Source of the DNA: Macrostomum lignano
Lineage: Eukaryota
Direction of reading: 5' to 3'
Assembly (NCBI GenBank): GCA_002269645.1
Contig: NIVC01000906.1
Coordinates: 186,001 to 250,000 of the forward strand
Length of the DNA stretch: 64,000 bases
The notes under the pieces are model-generated. The model did no database searches. It saw nothing but the letters and a program-made list of their open reading frames with translations, and was not told the origin of the DNA. How positions within the stretch are numbered: the first letter of the stretch is position 1; every line of letters begins with the position of its first letter. A program made the translations under genes and the position numbers. Positions 12,833-24,640 of the stretch are shown here, one piece after another.

Positions 12833-13719
12833 TATTGGGCAATCAGAATCCCGGTAAATACTTGTAGAGTCATTCAAAATTGAGCGACTAAAAGGTCAGT
12901 CAAAAATAATTTGGAAAATATATTTATATGCAGGAGCGATATAGCTTCCAAGCTTAGGTTGAATTTGCAGAATCGTGTTTCGACCGGGGGGGGGGGGTAG
13001 TGGCTGGTGTCACTTGCTTCTCGCTGTCTGTCTTCTTACTGTGCATCTCTGCCCCGCCTGCGGTCTGTGCATTCAGCATTTGTCGGAGGGAGGACGGGGG
13101 GTTGGTTGCACACTTACTTGGGTTGCGCCCGAGCTAGAAGCAGCTTTTCGTAGAGAGCCACACGCAGCACTGAGAGGCACCGGGGGGGGGGGGGTAGGAA
13201 TAGGAACACTCACAGATGTACAAGTCATTCGTAAAACACATTCGTACCCTGGGCCTGTATATATAGGTATAGGAGATAAATATATGTGACTGGGCGCAGA
13301 TATAGATATTAACTGCGGGGCATATCTCGGATGAAATTACTGTAAATTTAATGTCCAATGTAGAAGTCAGTTAGTAGCTACAGCTGTGCAAACTCTTATC
13401 TATGCATTGTACATACAGGTAAATATAGTTTATAAATTTGAATTTTGGTACTATCCAACAGTATAATTATATTGATTAGGCTATAAGATAAACTTTAAGA
13501 CAATACAGTCCAATATGGACACTTATTGCACGACACTGTAAGCTGGGGCACCTCGCGTACATATGCAAGCTTTTGCCAAGGGATATGTATGATCGTAGAA
13601 GTATGGCCTACGGCTAAAGTTTACTCCTTGAGTCCTTAGTTACCCCCTGCAGATTGGGGCCATCATACAATAACTGAAAGTACATTAGTTACCGCTTTAA
13701 CAGCCAGAGCCACCCCCTC

Positions 13720-14085
13720 CGCTCCCCTTGGATCTCTACCCTCCAGAATCCGCCCCCTTGGATCTTTCCCTCCAGAATACGCCCCCTTGGATCTTTACCC
13801 TCTAGAATCCGCCCCCTTGGATCTTTACCCTCTAGAATTCGCCCCTTGGATCTCTACCCTCCAGAATCCGACCCCTTGGATCTTTCCCTCCAGAATCCGC
13901 CCCCTTGGATCTTTACCCTCGAGAATCCGCCCCTTAGATCTCTACCCTCCAGAATCCGACCCCTTGGATCTTTCCCTCCAGAATACGACCCCTTGGATCT
14001 TTACCCTCTAGAATCTGCCCCCTTGGATCTTTACCCTCTAGAATCTGCCCCCTTGGATCTTTACCCTCTAGAATCCGCCCCCCTC
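13720..14085. repeat. 30-bp minisatellite (~12 copies)
   Basis: GAATCCGCCCCCTTGGATCTTTACCCTCTA repeated. Confidence 0.93.
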
Positions 14086-14157
14086 AGCCGCAGCAAATTT
14101 TTGGTTGCGCTACTGAATATTTACGATTTACAAATTCAAGAATATGATGAGGGGTCG

Positions 14158-14310
14158 AGCTGAGAGGAGAGAAGAGAAAAGAGAGGAGGGGAGAGAGGAG
14201 AGGAGAGGAGAGGAGAGAAGAGAAGAGAGGAGAGAGAGGAGATCGAAGAGAAAAGAGAGGAGAGGAGAGAGGAGAGAAGAGAAGAGAGGAGGGAGACAGG
14301 AGAGAAGAGA
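14158..14310. repeat. GA-rich low-complexity tract
   Basis: (GAGAG/GAAGA)n. Confidence 0.9.
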
Positions 14311-14339
14311 TCTTGAGCGGGTCGGATTGCTGTTGTGAA

Positions 14340-14482
14340 GTTTCAAAGGACATGCGAGGGCCGGATAAAGAGGCTTCGCTATCTGGCCGCCCGGCGGGAA
14401 ATTTGAGGGCTGAGTGAGCTTTCTGTGTGAGCTAAGTGCACATACCAATGGGGCCCACGGGCCGGAGTTTGCCGTCCCTTAT
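14340..14482 (+). mobile_element. Probable hAT-derived MITE remnant (terminal part)
   Basis: GCGAGGGCCGGATAAA...GGGCCCACGGGCCGGAGTTTGCCGTCCCT resembles hAT/Charlie-type terminal sequence; no partner TIR or TSD found. Confidence 0.4.
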
Positions 14483-15971
14483 GACATGACTAATTAATAA
14501 ATACAACTAAAAAACAAGTTAAAATGACATAATGTACACTAAACTAACAAAAGCACGAAAATGATTTGCGATATAATGGGAAATGCTATAACACGAAATG
14601 TTTTTAGTTAAATAAAAAGGAAGAAAGTATTGGCATAGTTTGGTTTATAATTTCTGCACATAAGTTAGTGTGATTACCTTTGAGACACGTGGCAATTATG
14701 CAAATTACGATGGAGATTCAAGCACTGAATTCACCGGCTGTTGGGTTCACCGGATTTTTAACTTTATTTTTAGGGCTTAAAAATATGCATAATCAATAGC
14801 GCAAGTAAAACTAGAGATGCGCCTAGATTTTTGGCTCTGCGCGTTGCCCCTGGACATCAGGAGGGCGATTTTTGTTATTTTTTGGGGGGTGAAACCGGCG
14901 GTGAACCCAATAAATCCTTCCAGAGAGCTGAAAACCTGTCATGCAATATTTCAAAGCAAAATATAGGCAGATTTCGACGTGCGCATAAAATTTTAGCGTT
15001 GCGCGTTGCTCCTGAACTGCAGGAGAACGTTTTTTGTTAAATTCCGGTGTTGAATGACTGCCGCTGAACTCCGCGGTGAACGAAATTAAGTGCGTTTCCC
15101 GAGTCGAAAAATAGTAAATTTTCCTATTAAAAAAGTTACAAAGTAAAGTTTTATCACTTTCATCAGCATTTTTGCACTCACTTTTGTGTTGTTGACTGTT
15201 AAGCTATTTATTTTAATGCAAAGCGAAAACATTAAAAAATATTTCGAACTGCGAGTCTTTATTGCGCAACGTTGCAGCAGGCAGTTACAGCGCACTTGCG
15301 CATAAAAAATACATTATACGAGCGTATTTATACGCCGTGTGGTATTTTTGTGGCCATACTTAATAATGAAGCCTTTTATGCTGTTTTACTTCCTATATTT
15401 TTAGATTTATTTTTCAATTACGTCTTGAAACATGCAGTCAAAGTGTTAATATCAGTATAGGCAATAAAATAAAATTGGCATTTCTTGGCTTGATGCTTTT
15501 TACAACTTGTTAAAACCTCTATTTTAATATTTCTTCTCTTCTAATAAGTCAAATTATAAACATAATATCTATTTAAGATTCCATAGTGCTTTTCCATTAA
15601 GTATAAATTCAATTAAATCAGGCAGGCACTAAGTATACTTTTATAAAATAATAACTATAACATGCAGTAAAAATATTGACTATACTAGCCTATTTAATTA
15701 CTTGTAATTTTATGTAATATTACTAGCCAATAAATATTTTTTATATTTGATTTCATTGTAATTATAAAAAAATGTAAATAATTCTGTATATTTATAACAT
15801 TGTTGACTCATAAAATTCTTTCTTGTTTTTTCTCCTAACCATAATTAATATTTCAAAAAATATACATCAAGAATTATTAATTTTTCTTGATTTGTAAATA
15901 AAAATATTACTCTGCAATTTCCAATATTTTTCATGTATTTTATGTAAAATGCCCAATTTCATGTGTTTTTT

Positions 15972-16400
15972 GTGTTTCCATCAGTTTAGCTTGGGCTAAC
16001 TAGAAACTGCAGACTGACAGAGTGCATTTCTTTCTCCGGGATATTGCTTCTTTCTAAGTTAAAGAGACCAATATGCTCATTAGGAGTAGCTTTATGCCCA
16101 GAAGCACAGTACGCACAATAAATTGTGTTTTTTGTGTTTCCATCAGTTTAGCCTGTTATTGGGCTATCTAGAAACTGAAGACTGACAGAATGCATTTCTT
16201 TCTCCGGGATATTAATTGCTTCTTTCTAAGTTAAAGAGATCAATATGCTCATTAGGAGTAGCTTTATGCCCAGAAGCACAGTACGCACAATAAATTGTGT
16301 TTTTTGTGTTTCCATCAGTTTAGCCTGTTATTGGGCTATCTAGAAACTGAAGACTGACAGAATGTATTCCTTTTTCAGGGATATTGCTTCTTTCCAAGTT
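15972..16400. repeat. ~170-180-bp tandem subrepeats at the inner end of the left TIR
   Basis: CATCAGTTTAGC...CACAATAAATTGTGTTTTTTGTGTTTC about 2.5 times; mirrored at 19270-19500 and 20903-21085. Confidence 0.9.
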
Positions 16401-16584
16401 AAAGAGACGAATCTGCTTCATACCAACGTCTTTATCGCTAAAATCACAGTAACACAATAAATTCGGAACCCACTTTCCCTTTTTACTCGCGTTTATTAAC
16501 GATGCGTACACTGTTTTCGAAGCGCAAGGTCCTCTACCTGCGAATGCTGCTTTTTGTCGGCGTTTGAGTTGAGGCTACTGATGT

Positions 16585-16857
16585 TCAAGAAGCGACAGCT
16601 CTAGGACCAGATGGACAAGATGTCTATACGCCACGTTTCCTACTGCGAAAGTGAAAAAATACGAGGATTTGATCAAGAAGTTTGATGTCTACTGCCAGCC
16701 TCTCTCCAACGAGACATTTGAAAGCTATCAGCTGCGCACCAGAATGCAAGGAGAAGCGGAGGACTTCGACCAGTTCATGGGTTCTCTACGCCAGCTCGTG
16801 AAGCGCTGCAACTACAGCAAACCTGACAACGACGAGATCAAGAACAGCATCTTCGAT
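16585..16857 (+). pseudogene. Ty3/Gypsy gag fragment
   Basis: ALGPDGQDVY (frameshift) KKYEDLIKKFDVYCQPLSNETFESYQLRTRMQGEAEDFDQFMGSLRQLVKRCNY, a typical Gypsy gag capsid motif pattern. Confidence 0.8.
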
Positions 16858-16873
16858 ATCTTCGATAGCTTAC

Positions 16874-17170
16874 AGCCTGGCCTTCTGGCTGTTGGGGTGA
16901 AGCGCGAGAAGCGCGGGCCCGCTCACGATACGCCCGAAGGTTCTTGGCCTGGTCCAGCGCGCGCTGGATCAGGCCGGACCTCCGGGTGCTCCTGGCGGGT
17001 CTGCGATTGCGATTTCCGGTTTCAGCAGCGCGAACTGCCCTACCAGGCATAGGATCGGCCGTTTGCCTCGGCTTCTTTGCCGGAGGAGCCTGGGCCCCAG
17101 TTCCGGTTTCGGAAGCCTTGGCATTCTTGGCTTCATCAGCTTTCCGCTCCTCGCAACGGAGGATGGTCAG
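16874..17170 (-). other. Orphan exon-like fragment (297 nt, phase 0-0) inside the TIR element
   Basis: Acceptor tgactcag| at 17171, donor |gtaagc at 16873. Open frame LTILRCEERKADEAK...PEGQA, basic and low-complexity. Confidence 0.45.
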
Positions 17171-17515
17171 CTGAGTCAGACTGTAAAGGCTTTGGCAGTT
17201 GAATGCTCTGTTTATTTGGGTCAATCGAGTGATTGAAAAGGACTTAAAATAATTGCATTTCTGGTTTCGTGTATTTATAGATGAAATTGGGGTTTCCGGA
17301 AAGTTCTGGAAAAACGTGCATCGTTATAACAAAACTAAGTTGTATGTACGTATTGCTCAAATAGTGACTAAGTGTTACAGTACAAGAATTCATGTAAATT
17401 AATAATTAACTATGCATAATCGGTGTAGAAATAATATTGTGAACTTGATGGTAATTTCAGGAAAAGCGTAGAATATTTAAAATTACCATATCGGGAAATT
17501 TCTATTATTCATACG

Positions 17516-18389
17516 CTAAAGAAAGTTCGCGAAGGTCACTACAAGACCAATATGGATTGTGGACTTAGGCGGCAAGTGCTCAGCCCAGTCATTAGAGAGC
17601 CCTAGGATCACCGTAGCCCCCCTCTCCTTGCGGGAAGTGGCGTGGTGTAGGAGCCCGTTGACCTCAAGGTCAGGGTGCAGCTTTAGCAATACTCGTATTT
17701 GCCTAAGCTGATCTCCGGACTTAATGGCACTGCCGGCCGGGATCCAGACGCGAAAGCGCTGGCGAAGACGAGCTTGCCGAGCTTCTTGGGCCAGTTCAGC
17801 TTTGGCAGAAGCTCGCGTAGACTGCGGCTGCTCTCCTCCGAGCTGCACCAGATGAAGATGCAGCCGTCGGTCTTGGCGGACTTGACCACGCTCACAGGGC
17901 GGCCCGCCAGGAGCTGGTCGATGAGCGCAGCATCGATGGTGCGCCAGGCACTGTCGAGCTCGTCGGCCGTGAGGTCTTGCTCTTCCCCGAAGACGATGAC
18001 CGCCGGTTGGAGCTTGACCTTTGAGGCGTAATTAGTGCGGCGGTTCCCCAGCTCACCAGCGGGGGTTGTATCCTTGGGGGCAGGGGTTACTGTGGCTCCT
18101 TTCGGGCCAACAGCAGCCTCGTCCTCCCTAGGTTCCCCCTCCGCCGGTGGTCGGCCCGCAGTCGCCGTCGCCGCTCGTTGCGGCGTTGGTTGCGGGCGCG
18201 TCGGGCTTCAGCGGAGGGCCCGGTTGCGCGTGCGGGCATGTCACCGGCCGAGCCGGCGGCAAGCCCATCTGCCCCCAGTGGGGCGGCGCTCGTGCCAGAG
18301 TCACCGGCCGGAGTTGCCGGGGCCCCGGCTTCAGCGGGGTTGAAAGAGGCGGATAACGCCATAGCTGAAAGCGGGAAGGATGAGATGAG
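17516..18389 (-). pseudogene. Non-LTR retrotransposon ORF1 (DUF4780-like) fragment with two frameshifts
   Basis: ..NYASKVK..AWRTIDAAL..CIFIWCSSEESSRSLRELLPKLNW..RFRVWIPAGS..LLKLHPDLEV..GATVILGLS..HIGLVVTF matches the DUF4780 pattern as recalled. Confidence 0.6.
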
Positions 18390-18995
18390 GCACGGTGCTG
18401 ATGAGATGAGACGCTTCGCTTCGCTGAAGGCCATCTCGCATTTTGCGTCCCAGTTCCATGGCGTGTCCTTGCGCAGGAGCGCTGTTAGCGGCTCGGCGAC
18501 GTGAGACAGGTTCTTGATGTAGAACTGGAAGAACTTTGCAAAGCCAAGGAATGAGGCTAACTTTGCCGTATTTGTGGGTGCCTTGAGTCCCGATACGGAC
18601 CCGGTGTGCGACTGGAGAGGTTGAATTCCCGCTGCGCTGACGCGGTGCCCAACGAACTCGATCTCCGACGCCTTGAAGGTTGCACTTCTTGAGGTTGACG
18701 GTTACTCGATGCTGCAGCAGCTTGTCCAGTACCTGAAGTACGCGACTTTCGTGCTCAGCTTCAGTACCGGCGTGAACGGCGATGTCGTCTTGATAGTGAA
18801 CGACGCCTCTGATGCCTTGGAGGATCTTGCCGACGACCTTCTGGAAGGCCGCCGGATCCGAGCTGATGCCGAACGGCATGCGTCTGAAACGGTAGAGGCC
18901 GAATTCGGTGTGGAAGCAGGTCAGATTCTTGGCGTCATCGTGCAGAGGCAGCTGTAGATACGACTGGTTGAGGTTGATTCGTGAGAAAAACTTCG
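18390..18995 (-). pseudogene. Ty3/Gypsy reverse transcriptase fragment with one frameshift
   Basis: FSRINLNQSYLQLPL..FHTEFGLYRFRRMPFGISSDPAAFQ..HYQDDIAV..KKC/FKASEIEFVGH..SFLGFAKFF..EPLTALLRKDTPWNW..AFSEAKRLISSAPCL. Confidence 0.93.
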
Positions 18996-19501
18996 AATTG
19001 TAAACCTCAAATATATTACTAATTTAAAATTTTAAAACACGTTTCCATTCTTTTGAATTAGAATAGCAGGTATGTTCAGAGCTAAAATAATTCTGGTTTA
19101 ACAATTTCATGCCTTACTTTATTTCATTCACAACTCTCGCTGCACTACTCATAGTAAAGTAGTAAAGATGTATCAATGTTGCAACAACATTGCCAATTTT
19201 GACAATGGCACGACAAAAAATCTCTTGTGACAACATTGATGTCAACAATTCAGCAACACAAGGAATATCCGTAAAAAGGAATACATTCTGTCAGTATTCA
19301 GTTTCTAGATAGCCCAATAACAGGCTAAACTGATGGAAACACAAAAACACAATTTATTGTGCGTACTGTGCTTCTGGGCATAAAGCTACTCCTAATGAGC
19401 ATATTGATCTCTTTAACTTAGAAAGAAGCAATTAATATCCCGGAGAAAGAAATGCATTCTGTCAGTCTTCAGTTTCTAGATAGCCCAATAACAGGCTAAA
19501 C

Positions 19502-20902
19502 CACAGAATATAGACAGAATGCCCGATCGGCTGTCGCGGGATATTTGGAAATTAATATGCAAACAAACTACTTTTGTGGTGAAGCGGAGCAGTAGTTATG
19601 AAAATTCGATATGCACATATATATATTTATAATATATGTAGACTCTGCGTATGATTCTATAAACTTAGACACTGCTTCAGAATTAAAAAATAACAGGTTT
19701 GGCAGTGCCCAAATTGGAATAAAACCGTAGACGTTGTCACCAATCATTTATTTGAAAGAAATAACATATTTGAAACATTTTAATTATTATTATTAACAAT
19801 TCACCAATTTACTCCAATTTGTATTCGCTGCTCCAGTTCAAATTACATTGTAAACTTTCCCCAATCAATTAAATTCCTCAATCAGCGTTCAGTCGCCTCA
19901 GCTTTCTCTGCACTGGTACAAGTGCAGTCCCTCTTCCGCTTTTCCTCTTCTGCGCCAGAATTCGCTGACTGTTGCACCAATGGTGGAGCCTCAGATTGGT
20001 GTACAGCGTTGCTAAACCAATAGTACAGCGTTCGCTGTGCTCATCAGAATGAGTTCGTATGAGACTTCGAGCTGAACTGAGAAACGCAGCTCTAACACTG
20101 GCCCTAACACGCGGCTCGTGGAATTTATCTGACGGCGCTTCCTGAAAGCTCGCTTCCATTTCTGCAACAGCCGCCACCACTGCATCACTGGGCACTACTA
20201 GGCTGGCTTCTTCGTAGCTTTTCAGGTGAATAAAAGTCTTGCCTTCCACGGAGGCTGAAGTGAGGTCGCAGCGACAGTTCTCACAGTGGGCATCAGTCTG
20301 ACCCCAGGCTCATGTCTCTGGTCAGGACACACGTACATGCTGTCGGGAAAATGGTGGCTGCACACGACAGCGTTCTACCACGTCGCTTCGTTTTTCTTGC
20401 CCAAGAGGTCTGATCGGAAAATGCGCCGAGCCCAATCTTCACACCTACAGTAGTTAGGTTTCAGTGAATGACTGTGTGGCAATAGCAGGCAAGTCATGCA
20501 TGTACATGAACATACCTTTCACGGTTTGCTGGGAAACGATGAAATCTCGTTTGTGCAGGACATTTGTTTGCGTAATTCTGGCAGCCATAAGCAGCGCATT
20601 GCCTTCTTGATGCTGTCATAATGTTACAGTTGTCTCTGTTAATGCCTTCGTTGCTGCCAATCACTGCCTTATTAATGTCAATAGCAGCAGCCGCTGCCAC
20701 GGAATATACTGTATATTCTATGGCATCGGCTGCTGCTACTCGCAGTCTCAGTCGTCTATGACAGAACCTTTCCGAGCCGCATACGAGTAAGTATAAGTGA
20801 CTACTATCTTCATTCACCACAAAAGTAGCTAAATATGCAAATACTTTTTGCGGCAGATTTTTCTGCGAGAGGGCTGATCGGCCATTCTGTCTATCTTCTG
20901 TG
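19502..20902 (-). mobile_element. Internally deleted P-element-like (THAP) DNA transposon, 1401 bp
   Basis: TIRs CACAGAA(T/G)ATAGACAGAATG(C/G)CCGATC (25/27 identical); 8-bp TSD GGCTAAAC at 19494-19501 and 20903-20910. Spliced THAP domain CAAYGC..FHRFP..W..VVCSHHF with an in-frame TAG, joined to a transposase C-terminus (CENC..LVVPS..YTNLRLHH). Confidence 0.85.
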
Positions 20903-23900
20903 GGCTAAACTGATGGAAACACAAAAAACACAATTTATTGTGCGTACTGTGCTTCTGGGCATAAAGCTACTCCTAATGAGCATATTGGTCTCTTTAACTT
21001 AGAAAGAAGCAATATCCCGGAGAAAGAAATGCACTCTGTCAGTCTGCAGTTTCTAGTTAGCCCAAGCTAAACTGATGGAAACACAAAAAACACATGAAAT
21101 TGGGCATTTTACATAAAATACATGAAAAATATTGGAAATTGCAGAGTAATATTTTTATTTACAAATCAAGAAAAATTAATAATTCTTGATGTATATTTTT
21201 TGAAATATTAATTATGGTTAGGAGAAAAAACAAGAAAGAATTTTATGAGTCAACAATGTTATAAATATACAGAATTATTTACATTTTTTTATAATTACAA
21301 TGAAATCAAATATAAAAAATATTTATTGGCTAGTAATATTACATAAAATTACAAGTAATTAAATAGGCTAGTATAGTCAATATTTTTACTGCATGTTATA
21401 GTTATTATTTTATAAAAGTATACTTAGTGCCTGCCTGATTTAATTGAATTTATACTTAATGGAAAAGCACTATGGAATCTTAAATAGATATTATGTTTAT
21501 AATTTGACTTATTAGAAGAGAAGAAATATTAAAATAGAGGTTTTAACAAGTTGTAAAAAGCATCAAGCCAAGAAATGCCAATTTTATTTTATTGCCTATA
21601 CTGATATTAACACTTTGACTGCATGTTTCAAGACGTAATTGAAAAATAAATCTAAAAATATAGGAAGTAAAACAGCATAAAAGGCTTCATTATTAAGTAT
21701 GGCCACAAAAATACCACACGGCGTATAAATACGCTCGTATAATGTATTTTTTATGCGCAAGTGCGCTGTAACTGCCTGCTGCAACGTTGCGCAATAAAGA
21801 CTCGCAGTTCGAAATATTTTTTAATGTTTTCGCTTTGCATTAAAATAAATAGCTTAACAGTCAACAACACAAAAGTGAGTGCAAAAATGCTGATGAAAGT
21901 GATAAAACTTTACTTTGTAACTTTTTTAATAGGAAAATTTACTATTTTTCGACTCGGGAAACGCACTTAATTTCGTTCACCGCGGAGTTCAGCGGCAGTC
22001 ATTCAACACCGGAATTTAACAAAAAACATTCTCCTGCAGTTCAGGAGCAACGCGCAACGCTAAAATTTTATGCGCACGTCGAAATCTGCCTATATTTTGC
22101 TTTGAAATATTGCATGACAGGTTTTCAGCTCTCTGGAAGGATTTATTGGGTTCACCGCCGGTTTCACCCCCCAAAAAATAACAAAAATCGCCCTCCTGAT
22201 GTCCAGGGGCAACGCGCAGAGCCAAAAATCTAGGCGCATCTCTAGTTTTACTTGCGCTATTGATTATGCATATTTTTAAGCCCTAAAAATAAAGTTAAAA
22301 ATCCGGTGAACCCAACAGCCGGTGAATTCAGTAGTTAGTCCAAGCAAGCTCCTCTTCTCCACCTGCGGTCTGCGGACTCCAATGGCTGAAAAAAACCACA
22401 TTAGCTTACCTAGATTCTAGATATTGGCCTAATGACTGCTTTTTTGGCTAGGCCTTAAGGCCTAAGGGCATAAAGCTTAGCCATGGCTCCTAGGCCTATC
22501 CTATTAAAAATGAACACCAAACCAAATAAGTATTTTTGGTAGGCAGTAGGCTTAGGCCCTACGCTTAGGAATATGGCCTATATAGCTAAGGACCATGTCC
22601 TATCCTGTGTAAGATTCTGAAATTTAGTAAAAAAAGTAGGCCTATAAGCCTAGGCATACTTATACATATAGTTATATTATTTTATTTTTAATGCTAGGTC
22701 TAATTTTGTAGCTATATAATTATAAGAGTAATAAATAATGCCATGGTGATATATGATGCAATACAATCAAAATTTTGTTCAATATTAATTTTTTATATAG
22801 GCCCTATCAGTCCAACAATTTCAATGGCTAGGGCCTAATATTTAAGTTTCTATTGATAGATAAGACAAACATTTGTCTTAAGACTAGGCCTAGGTCATAT
22901 TTTTGATCAAAACTAAATTGCATAATTAGGCCTAATGTAGGCCCTAATATTAAAGGTTTCAATATCAGGCCTAAGCCTAATAGATTAAATGGTTTTTACA
23001 AAAGGTTAAATTGGATAGACCCATAATATAGGATTGAATTAGCCCTTAGACTTTTAATGGCCTATATTTTTTAATTTATTAAGATATTTTATCTTTTATA
23101 AAGTACCTAGGCTTTATCTTTGATTTAAAACTATGTTAATATATGAATATCTAATTAATAGCCTAATAATAAACATTTACTAAATAAAAGTTTAGGGCTA
23201 GTAATTGGATAGTTATACAACTAATAGACTTAAGATACCATTGAAACCTTTGTTAGCATTTTGTTCTGCTATCATAGGGGCCAGATTGATTCATGTACTA
23301 TATACTAATATATATATAGATATTAAGCATCCAATATTAATAGATAAGCTGGCAGAGATTCTCAAGCCTAAAATTTTTAGAAAGGTCTAAGTTTGGGCTA
23401 TGGCCTAAGGAAAATAAGCCTGTCCTATATAAAGACAGCCTAATTGCAATGCTTATAGCATTATGCCTTCTATTAATAATATATAGGGCCTAAATAAGTA
23501 AAAGTTGCCTAAGCCTAAGCATTCATAGCCTAAGCATTCATAAATAAAAAGCTTTATATTCTTAACACTAAAAAGGCAAGATAGGTATATCTTACTATAA
23601 TATAGATTTTGCCTAGAAATAACAATGCCTAGCAAAATATCCATGAGTTGAGAGGGCCATGATCATTATCAAAGGATAGATAATAGCCATGAAGAATTAT
23701 TGCAAATTAGGATAATCCACCTGGCACCTTTTCCCATAAAAGATCATAGAAGATACTTATATGCTAGAAAATTTGAACTAGTAACAATAAAGTTATATAT
23801 AGTTAACATGATCTTCTTATTCACATAATGTTTAAAATAATTATAATAAAAACTTGGCATTAGTTAGCATAAAATTATGACTTAGTTACTTTTTATTCTG

Positions 23901-24237
23901 AGTATATTTAGCATGATCTCTAAAAGGGTTTCATTTTTAGAATTGAATTTTTAGTATATAAGATTGAATTTTCTGCACTTACTATATTGACTGTTTCTAG
24001 TTCTAGTGCTTTAGGCAATTTTTTAAATTGCCATATTTCTGCACTCATAGCATTTAGAGTAGTTTTCTTTACTGCATTATTTTTACCTTCAATCTATCAA
24101 TCATCAATCTATACTACTGGTTTGAGTATTTATTTTTGTATTAAACTTTAAGATTATTATAATTTGAAAATGATGACCTATGGAAAATTGCAAGAAATGC
24201 TTTATTTAAACTACTAAATTTATAAAGTCATTAGAGA

Positions 24238-24558
24238 CAGGGGCTGTGTGTACCCTGGCGCACTTTAACAAGCAATATTGTCACAACTGGCAATAGGCAT
24301 TATTGCATATTCTACCAACTCCCTGAGCAAGCACAAGCCCTTTTTACTTTATTAAGGCACTTTATTAATCGTTAGGCATGTACACTTCACTGTTCCTTGG
24401 GGGTTGGCCGGTTGGCCCTCAAGCTGGGCGTTAATTGCACGAGCAGAGCCAAGCCAAGATTCCAATTCAGCCCCAAATTTAATGTGACTGCACTTGGAAT
24501 CGAGCCTGGGCTGCTGGCACAGCAGAGCGCCACCCTGGAACACTGGGCTACTGCTCCC
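24238..24558 (-). mobile_element. tRNA-related SINE, second family
   Basis: Homologous to 54345-54698. Minus-strand head GGGAGCAGTAGCCCAGTG...GGCTCGATTCC. Confidence 0.7.
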
Positions 24559-24640
24559 ACTTTACATAGGCATAGCCATCTCAGTTTTTGCCTACAAAAA
24601 TGCCATTAACTAAGCTATCTATCTGTATCTGTTTAACTTC

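Larger units (their letters stand above)
14724..22332. mobile_element. Composite foldback / Pack-TIR-like element with ~1.65-kb terminal inverted repeats
   Basis: 14724-16153 is the near-perfect reverse complement of 20903-22332. The arm continues as 16144-~16390 versus ~19260-19501 on the other side of a nested insertion. Ends are ACTGAATTCACCGG...CCGGTGAATTCAGT. No transposase and no TSD seen. Confidence 0.88.

Noticed and set aside
12985-13200. Two CCGGGGGGGGGGGGTAG direct repeats (possible PPT or LTR edge)
   Set aside because: No TG...CA ends, TSD or further similarity.
14831-15460. Short ORFs duplicated at 21596-22225
   Set aside because: They only reflect the inverted arms; AT-rich, with no recognisable domain.
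14724-22332. Polinton/Maverick or CACTA identity for the long-TIR element
   Set aside because: No polB, integrase, capsid or transposase ORF; ends are not (AG)n/AGT-type and the CACTG match is one-sided; no TSD.
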